Positions 1-8,820 of a DNA stretch of 63,110 nt are shown here, in pieces. Under the pieces are notes generated by a model, which saw only the letters and a list, made by a program, of their open reading frames with translations, was not told the DNA's origin and ran no database searches. Position 1 is the first letter of the stretch; each line of letters begins with the position of its first letter. The translations under genes and the position numbers were made by a program. The DNA is taken from contig JAYOTQ010000001.1 in assembly GCA_038150505.1 (NCBI GenBank), forward strand, positions 3,538 through 66,647, given 5' to 3'. Origin of the DNA: Opitutales bacterium. Its GTDB lineage: Bacteria > Verrucomicrobiota > Verrucomicrobiia > Opitutales > Seribacteraceae.

Positions 1-940
1 TGAGCAACCAGTCATAGTGGGAAGCCAGTCGGGTATAAACCGTTACATCCCCATAGGCAGAATCATGGGTGCCGTACGACACAACCCCATGCACTCTCCA
101 AGAATTGTTTGTGCGGCAAAAGGCGGGCCCACCGCTATCACCCACGGCGGTACTTGCTTCCAAAGACAATGGGCTTGCCTGGCTGTCACCTGAGCCAAGC
201 AAATCTATAGAGGTTCCAGAGAGCGTATTGTGGCTTTGCTGAGGTGAATCAAAGTCAATTCCGAGTACCCCACCCCTCTGGCTCTCAGGCACCCCAGATT
301 TAAAAACCTGAGCAACCGATCGATCAATGGTATTTTCTCCACCCACACGGCGTGGGTTTGAAGCATCCTTGTTGGCAGTGTCCCCCTCGACCAAAGTACC
401 AAAGCCGGCCAAAACGGCTCGTTTACCCAGGGGGTCATCATCGGCACTCGGTAGTCTCGCTGGATAAACTCCAGCAATCGATCGATTGAGGCGGACGATC
501 GCCAGATCCACCCCCAACTCATCTCCATCTCCTAGGGTGTTTGAGGTAGTCTGCCTAGCAACCCAGGCAGGGTGGATTATGATTTCACTAATCTGGTATC
601 GGTACGCCGAACTTGCGTCATCAAAATTATAATACAACACAAACTCCCAGTCTGATGCTCTGGGAATTTCGTAATAATCATTTTTCACAACATGGGCTGC
701 AGTAACCACATAGTTGGGTGCTACCAATGTTGCGGTTCCCAGGGCTCCACTTTGGGAAATGAGTGCTCCCACAACAGATAAATCGGGATACTCCTCTGAA
801 CTTGCGTAAGTATCGTAATTTGTGCCGAGTTGGTAATAAGGAGTCCAGCTAAGATCATGCCTCTTTCCAATTCGTCTTTGATCACCAAGTGACGAACCGA
901 GAAGACAAACGAAAGCAAGAAAACAAAAAGCTCTACTCAT
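1..940 (-). CDS. Secreted chymotrypsin/trypsin-like (S1) serine protease, runs off the left edge
   Basis: Translated by hand from ATG at 940: MSRAFCFLAFVCLLGSSLG (signal peptide), TLVAPNYVVTAAH (His), VDLAIVRL (Asp), TAVGDSGGPAF (Ser). No stop before position 1, which probably explains its absence from the ORF track. Confidence 0.92.
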   Translation of the reverse strand, partial: MSRAFCFLAFVCLLGSSLGDQRRIGKRHDLSWTPYYQLGTNYDTYASSEEYPDLSVVGALISQSGALGTATLVAPNYVVTAAHVVKNDYYEIPRASDWEFVLYYNFDDASSAYRYQISEIIIHPAWVARQTTSNTLGDGDELGVDLAIVRLNRSIAGVYPARLPSADDDPLGKRAVLAGFGTLVEGDTANKDASNPRRVGGENTIDRSVAQVFKSGVPESQRGGVLGIDFDSPQQSHNTLSGTSIDLLGSGDSQASPLSLEASTAVGDSGGPAFCRTNNSWRVHGVVSYGTHDSAYGDVTVYTRLASHYDWLL

Positions 941-1874
941 CCAAAGAAGGCAAGATATCGGGAGGAGGGGAAGGTGGTAGGATATTAGGCGGAGGCGGAG
1001 GCGGCGGAAGATCCTCCAATTCAGACTGATCATCCGTCTCTGTGACGGGTTCACTCTCATTTACTTGATCAGGCGTTGTGGGATTAGAAGGAACTGAATT
1101 TGAAGGAAAGCTAGCCGAGGGACTGGAAGGGGTTCCACCAAATGTATTGGATGGAGCAGGAGCAAATGTGCTTCCAGTTGTCGGCGAACCAGTGGATGGT
1201 GAAAAGGATGAAGACCCACCCGTGGAACCAGTCGAATAAGTTGGTGCCACACGGGATGGAGGAAAGCTCATTCCAGATGAACCTACGGTTGTAGAACTTC
1301 TGGAAGAAGGTGTCGGAGAGTAAGAGGAACCTGAACGGGAAGCCATACGGTTTGCCAACCAATCCGGCAACTTAGGAGCTACTCTTGGCTTGGGAGGCAT
1401 GGTCTTTCGTGTGCCACTCGAAGAAGGGGAGGAAGAAGAAACACCGGGAGGTAATTTTACTTTTGGCAAAGCAGAGGTGGGGGTAGCTTTCTGCGGGATA
1501 CTTTTGGATTGCTCAAGAGTGAGGGTAAAATCCTGACCACTAAAAGCGAGGGTAAGAGTTTCGCTCTCCAAATCAAATGCTTGGGCCTCAAACTCTTCAT
1601 AAGTTTTTTCATTCAGTTTTATCCATTCGCCCATGTTTGCTTTCTTGTTAAAAATGGAAAAATATGGAATTCCTTTCAAAAGAAAGTAACCCCTGAACTC
1701 CACTTCCTTGGCAAATGCTGGGTTTGGGACAGGTTTAGGTGGTGGCGGAGGTGTATTTACCGGAGGGGGCGGGCGATTTGAACCTGGGCGCAAAAATGGA
1801 TTGTTAGCCACTCCCCCCGAGCAAAAAGGTAAAAGCACCAGCAATAAAATCAGATTTTTGCACAATACAGACAC
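933..1874 (-). CDS. Exported protein with a small beta-rich domain (GspC/PilP-like?) and a long Pro/Ser-rich tail
   Basis: 313-aa ORF. Signal peptide, poly-Pro, a globular segment FRGYFLLKG...FTLTLE, then low-complexity S/P/T sequence. The fold call is only a resemblance. Confidence 0.6.
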   Translation of the reverse strand: MSVLCKNLILLLVLLPFCSGGVANNPFLRPGSNRPPPPVNTPPPPPKPVPNPAFAKEVEFRGYFLLKGIPYFSIFNKKANMGEWIKLNEKTYEEFEAQAFDLESETLTLAFSGQDFTLTLEQSKSIPQKATPTSALPKVKLPPGVSSSSPSSSGTRKTMPPKPRVAPKLPDWLANRMASRSGSSYSPTPSSRSSTTVGSSGMSFPPSRVAPTYSTGSTGGSSSFSPSTGSPTTGSTFAPAPSNTFGGTPSSPSASFPSNSVPSNPTTPDQVNESEPVTETDDQSELEDLPPPPPPPNILPPSPPPDILPSLDE

Positions 1875-1951
1875 CTTCTTAAGATTTCAAAATTAGCAAC
1901 TGTACGCAAGAAACAAGAACGATCGCCGGTCTTGTTCGAAAAATATAAATC

Positions 1952-2323
1952 TCAGTGAAAACTTAAGTTTGCCACCCGAAAACCAATCCAGATGAAACCC
2001 AAGGTTCCTAAAAAATTGGCCAGCATATACCCAAGCCCCCAACCCCACGCTCCCTTTTGTAGGAGGTTGTAAAGATCCATACCAAAAGTTGAAAATGTGG
2101 TAAAACCGCCACAAATACCGACTATCCAAAAGGCACGAAAGAACTCTTCACTGCCCAAGTGAGAACTCCACTTGGTCAAAAAACCGATTAAAAATGCACC
2201 CCCTAAATTTGCCACAACGGTGGCAAACTGGGATTGACTTACAAAAAGCAGACCAACTAATGCCCGGAAGACCGATCCAATTGCACCTCCCAGGGCGACA
2301 TAAATAAAATAATTAATCCCCAT
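1952..2323 (-). CDS. crcB: Fluoride efflux channel CrcB/Fluc
   Basis: GGAIGSVFR and GICGGFTTFSTF signature motifs; 123 aa, 4 TM segments. Confidence 0.95.
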   Translation of the reverse strand: MGINYFIYVALGGAIGSVFRALVGLLFVSQSQFATVVANLGGAFLIGFLTKWSSHLGSEEFFRAFWIVGICGGFTTFSTFGMDLYNLLQKGAWGWGLGYMLANFLGTLGFIWIGFRVANLSFH

Positions 2324-2343
2324 ACTTCTTGGGGTAGAGTAAA

Positions 2344-2991
2344 TTATTCTTCAGGGATCTCCTCAACAGTATCTTCCGTGTCGTCTTCCTCCTCCACTTC
2401 AGACTCCGCTTCTTCCACACTGTTGTACTTTAATACCCTTTGGTTTTCAGGAAGGGGAGAAAGGTTCACAATAATAAAACGCCCATTTAATTTTGGCTCA
2501 TCATCTGGTCGTCCAACGCCCGATAAATCCTGAATCGCCCGCTTGACCACATCCATACCAACATTGATGTGCTCCATTTCCCGCCCCCTAAACATTAGGG
2601 TGACTTTTAGTTTATTTCCCTGATGAAGAAACTTTTCTGAGCGGCGCAACTTGGTAACATAATCGTGCTCTTCAATCCGGGGCCTAAACTTCGCCTCTTT
2701 GATCCGTTTGGCAGATTTCTCTTTGTTCTTTTTGTTTTTGCTAAGTTCGTATTTGTACTTACCAAATTCCAAAATTCTGCAGACCGGAGGATGTGCATTG
2801 GCCGCAACCTCGACTAAGTCCAACCCTTCCGATTTGGCAATCTTGACTGCCTCTTCAGGAGGCATGACTCCGAGCATCTCGCCATCTGATCCAATCACAC
2901 GTACTTCGCGTGCTCGGATCTTGTCGTTCTTTCTGATGTAATTGCGATTGCTAAACCGCTTGTTATTTTTACCACGTGGTGCAGGTGCCAT
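2344..2991 (-). CDS. infC: Translation initiation factor IF-3
   Basis: IRAREVRVIG, DLVEVA, PPVCRILEFGKYKYE, KFRPRIEEHDY, MFRGRE; acidic C-terminal tail. Confidence 0.97.
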   Translation of the reverse strand: MAPAPRGKNNKRFSNRNYIRKNDKIRAREVRVIGSDGEMLGVMPPEEAVKIAKSEGLDLVEVAANAHPPVCRILEFGKYKYELSKNKKNKEKSAKRIKEAKFRPRIEEHDYVTKLRRSEKFLHQGNKLKVTLMFRGREMEHINVGMDVVKRAIQDLSGVGRPDDEPKLNGRFIIVNLSPLPENQRVLKYNSVEEAESEVEEEDDTEDTVEEIPEE

Positions 2992-3088
2992 GTGGTTAGT
3001 TAAGGTTATGCATAAGGGATTTCAGTACTATTAATAGTTCCAACCTATCTTATCTACTCGGGCTGATTGCAAGTTTTAATTCGAAGAC

Positions 3089-3448
3089 CTAGAGGTTGAA
3101 ACTCTCGCCACAACTACAGCTTGCTTTCGCATTAGGGTTGGAGAATTTAAATCCTCCGGCAACCAATTGATCGGAATAATCGAGGGTAGTGCCCCGTAAA
3201 TACAGGGCTGTTTTCGAATCTACTAATACTTTGGCACCTTCGCTGGAAACAAATAAATCGTTGGGCTTTCCATGCTCTACAAACTTCATTTTGTAGGAAA
3301 GACCGTTGCATCCACCACCAGTAATGCGAATCCTAAGGTACGGTCCTTTATTCTCTCTTTCGATAAGTTGGGAAACTTTGCCAGATGCACGAGGGGTCAG
3401 GCGGACCAAGTTTTCATTGGCTTGTAAATATTCTTCCTCGGTAAGCAT
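3089..3448 (-). CDS. A-type Fe-S cluster carrier (HesB/IscA/ErpA family)
   Basis: GGCNGLSY and NPNAKASCSCGESF motifs. Confidence 0.95.
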   Translation of the reverse strand: MLTEEEYLQANENLVRLTPRASGKVSQLIERENKGPYLRIRITGGGCNGLSYKMKFVEHGKPNDLFVSSEGAKVLVDSKTALYLRGTTLDYSDQLVAGGFKFSNPNAKASCSCGESFNL

Positions 3449-3507
3449 TTGTAAAAGATTAAACTACTCAATCAGGAGCGAATGGCAATTCCTTCCAGAT
3501 TAAATCC

Positions 3508-4305
3508 TTACGAGTGTTTATCCACTCTGGCAAAACCTCTGGTACCTGATTCAAAAAAAGAAAGAAATTCCAAAGCGATGGAAGACTTCGGGCAATCCTT
3601 CCCTTCACGAATGTGCAGGGATGCCTTTTTTAAATTGGTATGCCCAAATATTTCCCGAAAGATTTTTTTTAGTTCAGTGATTTGAGCCTGAGCAACCTTT
3701 CTTCTTTTTAAACCAATTAGATTTAATCCCGAGATAAGATTTCTTCCGGACACCAAAACCTGCGGAGGTACATCCAGCGATATTTCTGCCAACCCCCCAA
3801 CCATCACTCCCCCTCCAATACGGACAAATTGATGAACCGCGGCACCTCCTCCAAGAAATGTCTCCGCACCTATCATGACATGCCCCCCAAGCAATACACC
3901 ATTGGCTAACACAACCTTGTTTTGCAAAATACAATCGTGAGCGACATGGGAATACCCCATAAGAAAACAATCTGCCCCAACCTCAGTTTTGCCATTCAAT
4001 TCAATGGAACGGTGGATGGTTACACCCTCCCCTATTCTGGTTCGGTCACCCACGACAACCGTAGATTTCAACGAACGGTCAAATGCAAGATGTTGCGGAT
4101 CGCCTCCGATCACAGAAAAATGCCCAACTTCAACTCCGTCTCCCAACACAGCGTGTTTTTTAATCACTGCATGGGATTGAATGTGACAATGGTTCCCCAA
4201 CTGGGCACCTTCCTCAATCACTGCATAAGGACCCACGGTGGTATTTTCTCCCAAAACCACACCGCTGCCCACGATGGCAGTAGAATCAACTAGATGGGCA
4301 TTCAC
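3508..4305 (-). CDS. lpxA: UDP-N-acetylglucosamine O-acyltransferase
   Basis: Hexapeptide repeats, GGDPQH, VTIHR, SHVAHDC, AVHQFVRIG, GLNLIGLKRR. Confidence 0.95.
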   Translation of the reverse strand: MNAHLVDSTAIVGSGVVLGENTTVGPYAVIEEGAQLGNHCHIQSHAVIKKHAVLGDGVEVGHFSVIGGDPQHLAFDRSLKSTVVVGDRTRIGEGVTIHRSIELNGKTEVGADCFLMGYSHVAHDCILQNKVVLANGVLLGGHVMIGAETFLGGGAAVHQFVRIGGGVMVGGLAEISLDVPPQVLVSGRNLISGLNLIGLKRRKVAQAQITELKKIFREIFGHTNLKKASLHIREGKDCPKSSIALEFLSFFESGTRGFARVDKHS

Positions 4306-4322
4306 GACTGATCTGGTTGGGT

Positions 4323-4940
4323 TTAATCTTCTTGGAAAATTTCCAATTGTGGGTCTTTGGACAATCCATAGGCTTTAACCAATCGTAGAGTCTGTAAGAC
4401 TTCGTGTCCATCATACTGTAGGGAAGGTTTGGATAATCGCAGCAAGTTTTCCAGAATGGACCCAAGGGTAAGAACACCGTCTAATCCATAATTCTGAAAC
4501 TCAGACAAAACTTTTTGCAAACGATCTACACCCTGGGGAAGGGCCGGCACTACCATGACCTTGATCGCTCCCGAGGTGTCAGAGGCTTGCCATTCTGGAT
4601 TGGAAGAAAAGCATTCCGCGACACGGTTGGCATCAATTTCAGACTTAAAAAACTTCTGCATTTGTACATCGTTCGTTAAGCAAGCCACCGAAAACATACT
4701 GTTACTCCAACCAAGGGTAGCCACCTGTGCCGACCTGATTTTTTGGAGATCGGCAGAGAAAAGCCTTGTATTGAGAGGACCATCGTTTTGAAGAACTCTT
4801 GGGTTCATTACAGTGATGACAGGAAGCGTCTCAGTTCTTTTTTTGGGTCCGCTTTTGGGTGCAATGACAGAGGAAGAACCTTTACGAACTAAAAATCCGT
4901 TACTTTCAAAATAGGCTTCAACCAGATCCTGCTCGATCAT
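4323..4940 (-). CDS. Conserved hypothetical protein, possible degenerate PD-(D/E)XK fold, C-terminal QLEIF
   Basis: Start moved to ATG 4940 (MIEQDLVEAYFESNGFLV) because the longer ORF overlaps aroB; sits co-oriented between aroB and lpxA. Confidence 0.7.
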   Translation of the reverse strand: MIEQDLVEAYFESNGFLVRKGSSSVIAPKSGPKKRTETLPVITVMNPRVLQNDGPLNTRLFSADLQKIRSAQVATLGWSNSMFSVACLTNDVQMQKFFKSEIDANRVAECFSSNPEWQASDTSGAIKVMVVPALPQGVDRLQKVLSEFQNYGLDGVLTLGSILENLLRLSKPSLQYDGHEVLQTLRLVKAYGLSKDPQLEIFQED

Positions 4941-4968
4941 CCCAACCTTACCATTTTTCTGAAATTTT

Positions 4969-6069
4969 TCAGGTTGCCCCCACGGATTTCCACACCTGGT
5001 TGATTTGTTCTTCAGTAGGATCGGTGCTGCAATATGCACTTCCGATTTCTTCCATGACCACAAAGCGCAGCTTTCCACGATCCACTTTTTTATCTGAGCC
5101 CATCGCAATTTTTAAATCTTTGACAGTCAAGGGTTCCTTCAAACTACTGGGGAGGTGGTAAGATTGTAAGAGGCTGAGTAATTGATCTTCAGAAAAGGAC
5201 TGGCACATGCCCAAATGTTTTGAGAGCCGGAGGGCACAAACCAAGCCAATAGCGACCGCCTCACCGTGTAGGTAACTGCCAAAACCAGCCACTTTTTCAA
5301 TCGCATGTCCAAAAGTATGCCCCAAGTTTAGCAGTGCCCTGCCCCCCTTCCCCTCATTGGACTCTTTTTCATCGTCCTGAACAACCCTTGCCTTGATTGA
5401 ACAGCAGCGCTCGACCATGTCGGCTAGGTTTGCATCTCCAGGACGGATAGGTGTCTCCCGGTCCTGTAGAGACTGAAATAATGCTTGGTCTGCCAGCATA
5501 CCGTATTTGATAACTTCAGACATCCCAGCAGAAAATTCCCTCTCCGGAAGGGTTTCCAGCAAAGCTAGGTCTGCCCACACGCAGGAGGGTTGGTGGAAGG
5601 AACCAACCAAATTTTTCCCAGCATCTAGGTTGATGCCTGTTTTCCCGCCCACAGAGCTGTCTACCATGGCAAGCAAGGTTGTGGGTATTTGATAAAATGA
5701 AATTCCCCGAAGAAAACTAGCAGCAGCAAACCCAGCCAAGTCACCCACTACTCCCCCACCAACCGCTAAAAGAAACCCACTTCGATCAATTTTCGCAGAT
5801 GCAAGAAAGTCCCAGGCAACGCTTAGTTGATGGACCGATTTACTCCCTTCCCCAGAAGGAATGACTAGTTGTGGAATGGAACGGGTAATTTCCTGAGAAA
5901 AATTTGGTTGAGCCTGGGCCAATTTCTCATCGATCAAAACAGCTCCTTTCCTCCCCTCATTCAACAAATTAGCCACGGTTGTAGAAATATCTGAACCCAG
6001 GTTATACCCGATGTATATAGGATAACTTCGATCATCCAAGTGCACCTCTAGGCTTTGCTTCTTATTCAT
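4969..6069 (-). CDS. aroB: 3-dehydroquinate synthase
   Basis: GGGVVGDLAGF, PTTLLAMVDSSVGGKTGIN, LNLGHTFGHAIE, HGEAVAIG. Confidence 0.97.
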   Translation of the reverse strand: MNKKQSLEVHLDDRSYPIYIGYNLGSDISTTVANLLNEGRKGAVLIDEKLAQAQPNFSQEITRSIPQLVIPSGEGSKSVHQLSVAWDFLASAKIDRSGFLLAVGGGVVGDLAGFAAASFLRGISFYQIPTTLLAMVDSSVGGKTGINLDAGKNLVGSFHQPSCVWADLALLETLPEREFSAGMSEVIKYGMLADQALFQSLQDRETPIRPGDANLADMVERCCSIKARVVQDDEKESNEGKGGRALLNLGHTFGHAIEKVAGFGSYLHGEAVAIGLVCALRLSKHLGMCQSFSEDQLLSLLQSYHLPSSLKEPLTVKDLKIAMGSDKKVDRGKLRFVVMEEIGSAYCSTDPTEEQINQVWKSVGAT

Positions 6070-6078
6070 CAGATATAT

Positions 6079-7017
6079 TTAAGCTGCTGAATCACTTGCT
6101 CCTACCAATTCAGGTAACAATGAGTCCAAATATGCCTCAACGGAAAAAGGCTGCAAATCATCTGGTTGCTCCCCTAACCCAAGAAAGTAAACTGGCAATT
6201 TCAGCTCACGGTAAATCGAAACAAGGGCACCACCCTTGGATGTTCCATCCAGTTTTGTAATCACTAATCCAGTGAGCCCAAACTTTTCATGAAAAATCTT
6301 CGCCTGGGCGACTCCGTTTGTACCGGTGGAGCCGTCGATCACCAACCACGAATGATGGGGGCATGAGGAATCTTTCTTTTGCAAAACACGCTTGAGCTTG
6401 GAGAGTTCCTCCATCAGGTGTTCCTTAACATGCAAACGCCCCGCAGTGTCTAACAGTAAATAGTCACAAGCTTTGGAACTTGCAGAGGAATGGGCATCAT
6501 AAGCTACAGCCGCAGCATCTGCTCCATGGTGCCCAGATACCAAGTCTAGGTTTAGGCGCGTGGACCAAGCCTTCAATTGCTCGGTAGCAGCTGCACGAAA
6601 AGTATCACAAGCACCAAGTAATACGGTTTTGCCATCTTGAGTAAAAAGATGGCCCAGTTTTGCACTGGTAGTGGTCTTTCCCGAACCATTCACCCCGATC
6701 AAACAGATAACCTCGGGTTTCGCTGAGGGAGCTTCGAGCCTGCCCTCCGAGCCCTGTAACACTTCAGCCAAAACGGTTCGGGCAATTTGGCGAACATCTT
6801 CCCCCCTCAAGTCCTTGTTATTCCGGTGAGCTAATTGAACCTGAGAGAGAATATCCTCGGTTGTCTCAGGACCAAAGTCGCACGAATAGAAGGCTTCTTC
6901 TAAGTCGAAAAGATCATCTTCGGACAAAGAACCCCTGCCCGACACCCGGTCGATTGCCCCCTGTAAAAGCTCTGAGCCCTTACTGAGACCTTTTTTAAAC
7001 TTTGAAAATAAACCCAT
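6079..7017 (-). CDS. ftsY: Signal recognition particle receptor FtsY (short form without acidic domain)
   Basis: GVNGSGKTT, DTFRAAA, DTAGR, TKLDGTSKGG. Confidence 0.97.
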   Translation of the reverse strand: MGLFSKFKKGLSKGSELLQGAIDRVSGRGSLSEDDLFDLEEAFYSCDFGPETTEDILSQVQLAHRNNKDLRGEDVRQIARTVLAEVLQGSEGRLEAPSAKPEVICLIGVNGSGKTTTSAKLGHLFTQDGKTVLLGACDTFRAAATEQLKAWSTRLNLDLVSGHHGADAAAVAYDAHSSASSKACDYLLLDTAGRLHVKEHLMEELSKLKRVLQKKDSSCPHHSWLVIDGSTGTNGVAQAKIFHEKFGLTGLVITKLDGTSKGGALVSIYRELKLPVYFLGLGEQPDDLQPFSVEAYLDSLLPELVGASDSAA

Positions 7018-7066
7018 TTGTTATGATATAAAATAAATGTCAAAGGCTCATACCGCCTAGGCATTT

Positions 7067-7657
7067 TTATTTTGGCTGAATCAAAAGGGTACAGCAAGAA
7101 AAGTCGAGAACCTGCCGGGTGCAACAATCTTGCTTGGAATAAGCATGCAGGCATAAAATTAAAATTCGGTCCTCCAGTTCCCATCGGTCGGTTACCAATC
7201 CACCTTCATCGTTTAAGGGCACCTTGTAAAACGGAGGGAAGGCAACCGTTTGGGCAGGCAAACCATATACCTCTATCACCCTTTTACGAAGGGAACTCCA
7301 CTGAGGTTGCACAATGTCATCGTAAAAAAAATCCTGCCAGCCGGCCTCCCCCTGAATAAGACAAAGGCTCAGGCCATCACCCTCAAATTTACAGGTCAAC
7401 TCATAAGCATGACCATCCCAGCGCACTGGAGATTTTATGAGGTTGGACTGCAATTCGGTATATCCTAAAAACCCCTTGTCCTGGAGCTTTTGTAGGACAA
7501 TTTCTCGGGAATCTCCAACTACCAAGCCCGCAAAGAAACCTGGTTCGGTTAAATTTGTAAAGTTGGGAGATTCAGGAAACTGATTGGGTACGGCATAAGC
7601 TGAACATATGAGAACCGCCCAAACCAAAAGCAGGGATGCTGAAAATTTAAAGGGCAT
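7067..7657 (-). CDS. Exported hypothetical protein with two C-terminal vicinal Cys pairs
   Basis: Likely start ATG 7657 (MPFKFSASLLLVWAVLICSAYA, signal peptide) overlapping the upstream stop; ends QDCCTRQVLDFSCCTLLIQPK. Confidence 0.7.
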   Translation of the reverse strand: MPFKFSASLLLVWAVLICSAYAVPNQFPESPNFTNLTEPGFFAGLVVGDSREIVLQKLQDKGFLGYTELQSNLIKSPVRWDGHAYELTCKFEGDGLSLCLIQGEAGWQDFFYDDIVQPQWSSLRKRVIEVYGLPAQTVAFPPFYKVPLNDEGGLVTDRWELEDRILILCLHAYSKQDCCTRQVLDFSCCTLLIQPK

Positions 7658-8789
7658 AGTAAATACGCTCCAATGCAAGCATCGCATAGCAAGAAACAAG
7701 CACGGGGTCTTTTTCCCACCAGCGACCCGACTCATTCACCCAAAAACCTTCGTTGTTTTGCAAGTCAAGCAAGGCTACGGTTAGCTCAGTCTTCCAATCT
7801 TTGGGAGCACCCGAACTCCCCTTCAATTGATCAATGCCCGCAAGGCTCAATGCCTTGGACATGGTATGGTAGTAGTAAAAAAGCCCCTGTTTGCCCATAC
7901 CCGGATTTTCATCGATTTGATAATTATGGGTTAACCAATCCTTTACCGCAACTACCCGCGGGTCCGATGCGTTCATTTCTGCGTAAATAAAGCTCAACAG
8001 TCCTGCGTAGCTCATACTTCCATATGACCTTAATGTCTTCGACCCATTAGCATCCGTCCGTTCGCCCGCCATGCTGTGACCGGGAAAGTAAACAAATCCC
8101 CCCTTGTCCTCCACATGGGAACTTACCCAATCCTGCGGGTTGCTGCTCGGTAAATTTTGACATTTGGAAACAAAGTCAATGGCGGCCTCCCAATCTAAGT
8201 CAGATGAATCACCTTCCTTATTCTTCAAAGATTTTTTGGCGTAGTAGAGAGCTTCCATCGCCAGATGGGTGTTAGAGAGATCGGAATGAGCCCAAGTAGA
8301 ACCATAACCCACTCCGCCATCGAAGAGGTTATCGGATTTTCCTTTCTGATCAAAATCAGATTGTTGATTCACTAAAAACTTCCTAGCGGAACGAATGATC
8401 TTTTCGTCCCCTGGGTCGCTAAGTTGTAGAAAAGCCATCAGGCTGATTGAGGTATTATACGAAGCTAAACCTTTGCCATATATTCCTCCGTCAGACTGTA
8501 CCTTTGATCTTAAAAACTGATAGCCTGCTGAAATTTGATTTTTGTATTTTCGGGCCTCTTTTTCTGAGGGATGACCAAGGGTAGCTCGAAGGACCAAAGC
8601 GGTGAGGGCAGGATATTGTGGACTCCCCCAATATCCTTGAGTTTGATTTTGTTCTCCGTGCAACCAGGCAAGACCTTTGTCCAGAGACCGCTCGATTTCC
8701 AGTTTCAAGGATTGATTTGGCGACCCCAACAAAGAAAAAGCTGTTAAAAGAAGTAAGGAAATAGTGAAGAAGGAAGAGCTATATTTCAT
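7647..8789 (-). CDS. Secreted prenyltransferase/squalene oxidase-repeat protein (single alpha/alpha barrel)
   Basis: Signal peptide; QW-type repeats EQNQTQGYW, VQSDGGIY, LQNNEGFW; DLSNT in place of DXDD. Confidence 0.85.
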   Translation of the reverse strand: MKYSSSFFTISLLLLTAFSLLGSPNQSLKLEIERSLDKGLAWLHGEQNQTQGYWGSPQYPALTALVLRATLGHPSEKEARKYKNQISAGYQFLRSKVQSDGGIYGKGLASYNTSISLMAFLQLSDPGDEKIIRSARKFLVNQQSDFDQKGKSDNLFDGGVGYGSTWAHSDLSNTHLAMEALYYAKKSLKNKEGDSSDLDWEAAIDFVSKCQNLPSSNPQDWVSSHVEDKGGFVYFPGHSMAGERTDANGSKTLRSYGSMSYAGLLSFIYAEMNASDPRVVAVKDWLTHNYQIDENPGMGKQGLFYYYHTMSKALSLAGIDQLKGSSGAPKDWKTELTVALLDLQNNEGFWVNESGRWWEKDPVLVSCYAMLALERIYYAL

Positions 8790-8820
8790 GACTGTTTTAA
8801 GTAAGGTAAAAGGACAAAAG

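Noticed and set aside
205-918. Listed ORFs 205-528 and 721-918
   Set aside because: They are alternative frames inside the S1 protease gene, whose frame carries the full catalytic triad.
960-1780. GGA/GGC-rich and CAA-rich repeats as CRISPR or tandem-repeat loci (also near 9938 and 14310-14540)
   Set aside because: They are codon-level low complexity (poly-Pro, Ser, Gln) with no repeat-spacer periodicity and no cas genes.
2324-2343. Fluoride riboswitch upstream of crcB
   Set aside because: Only 20 nt separate infC and crcB, and no aptamer-like sequence is seen.
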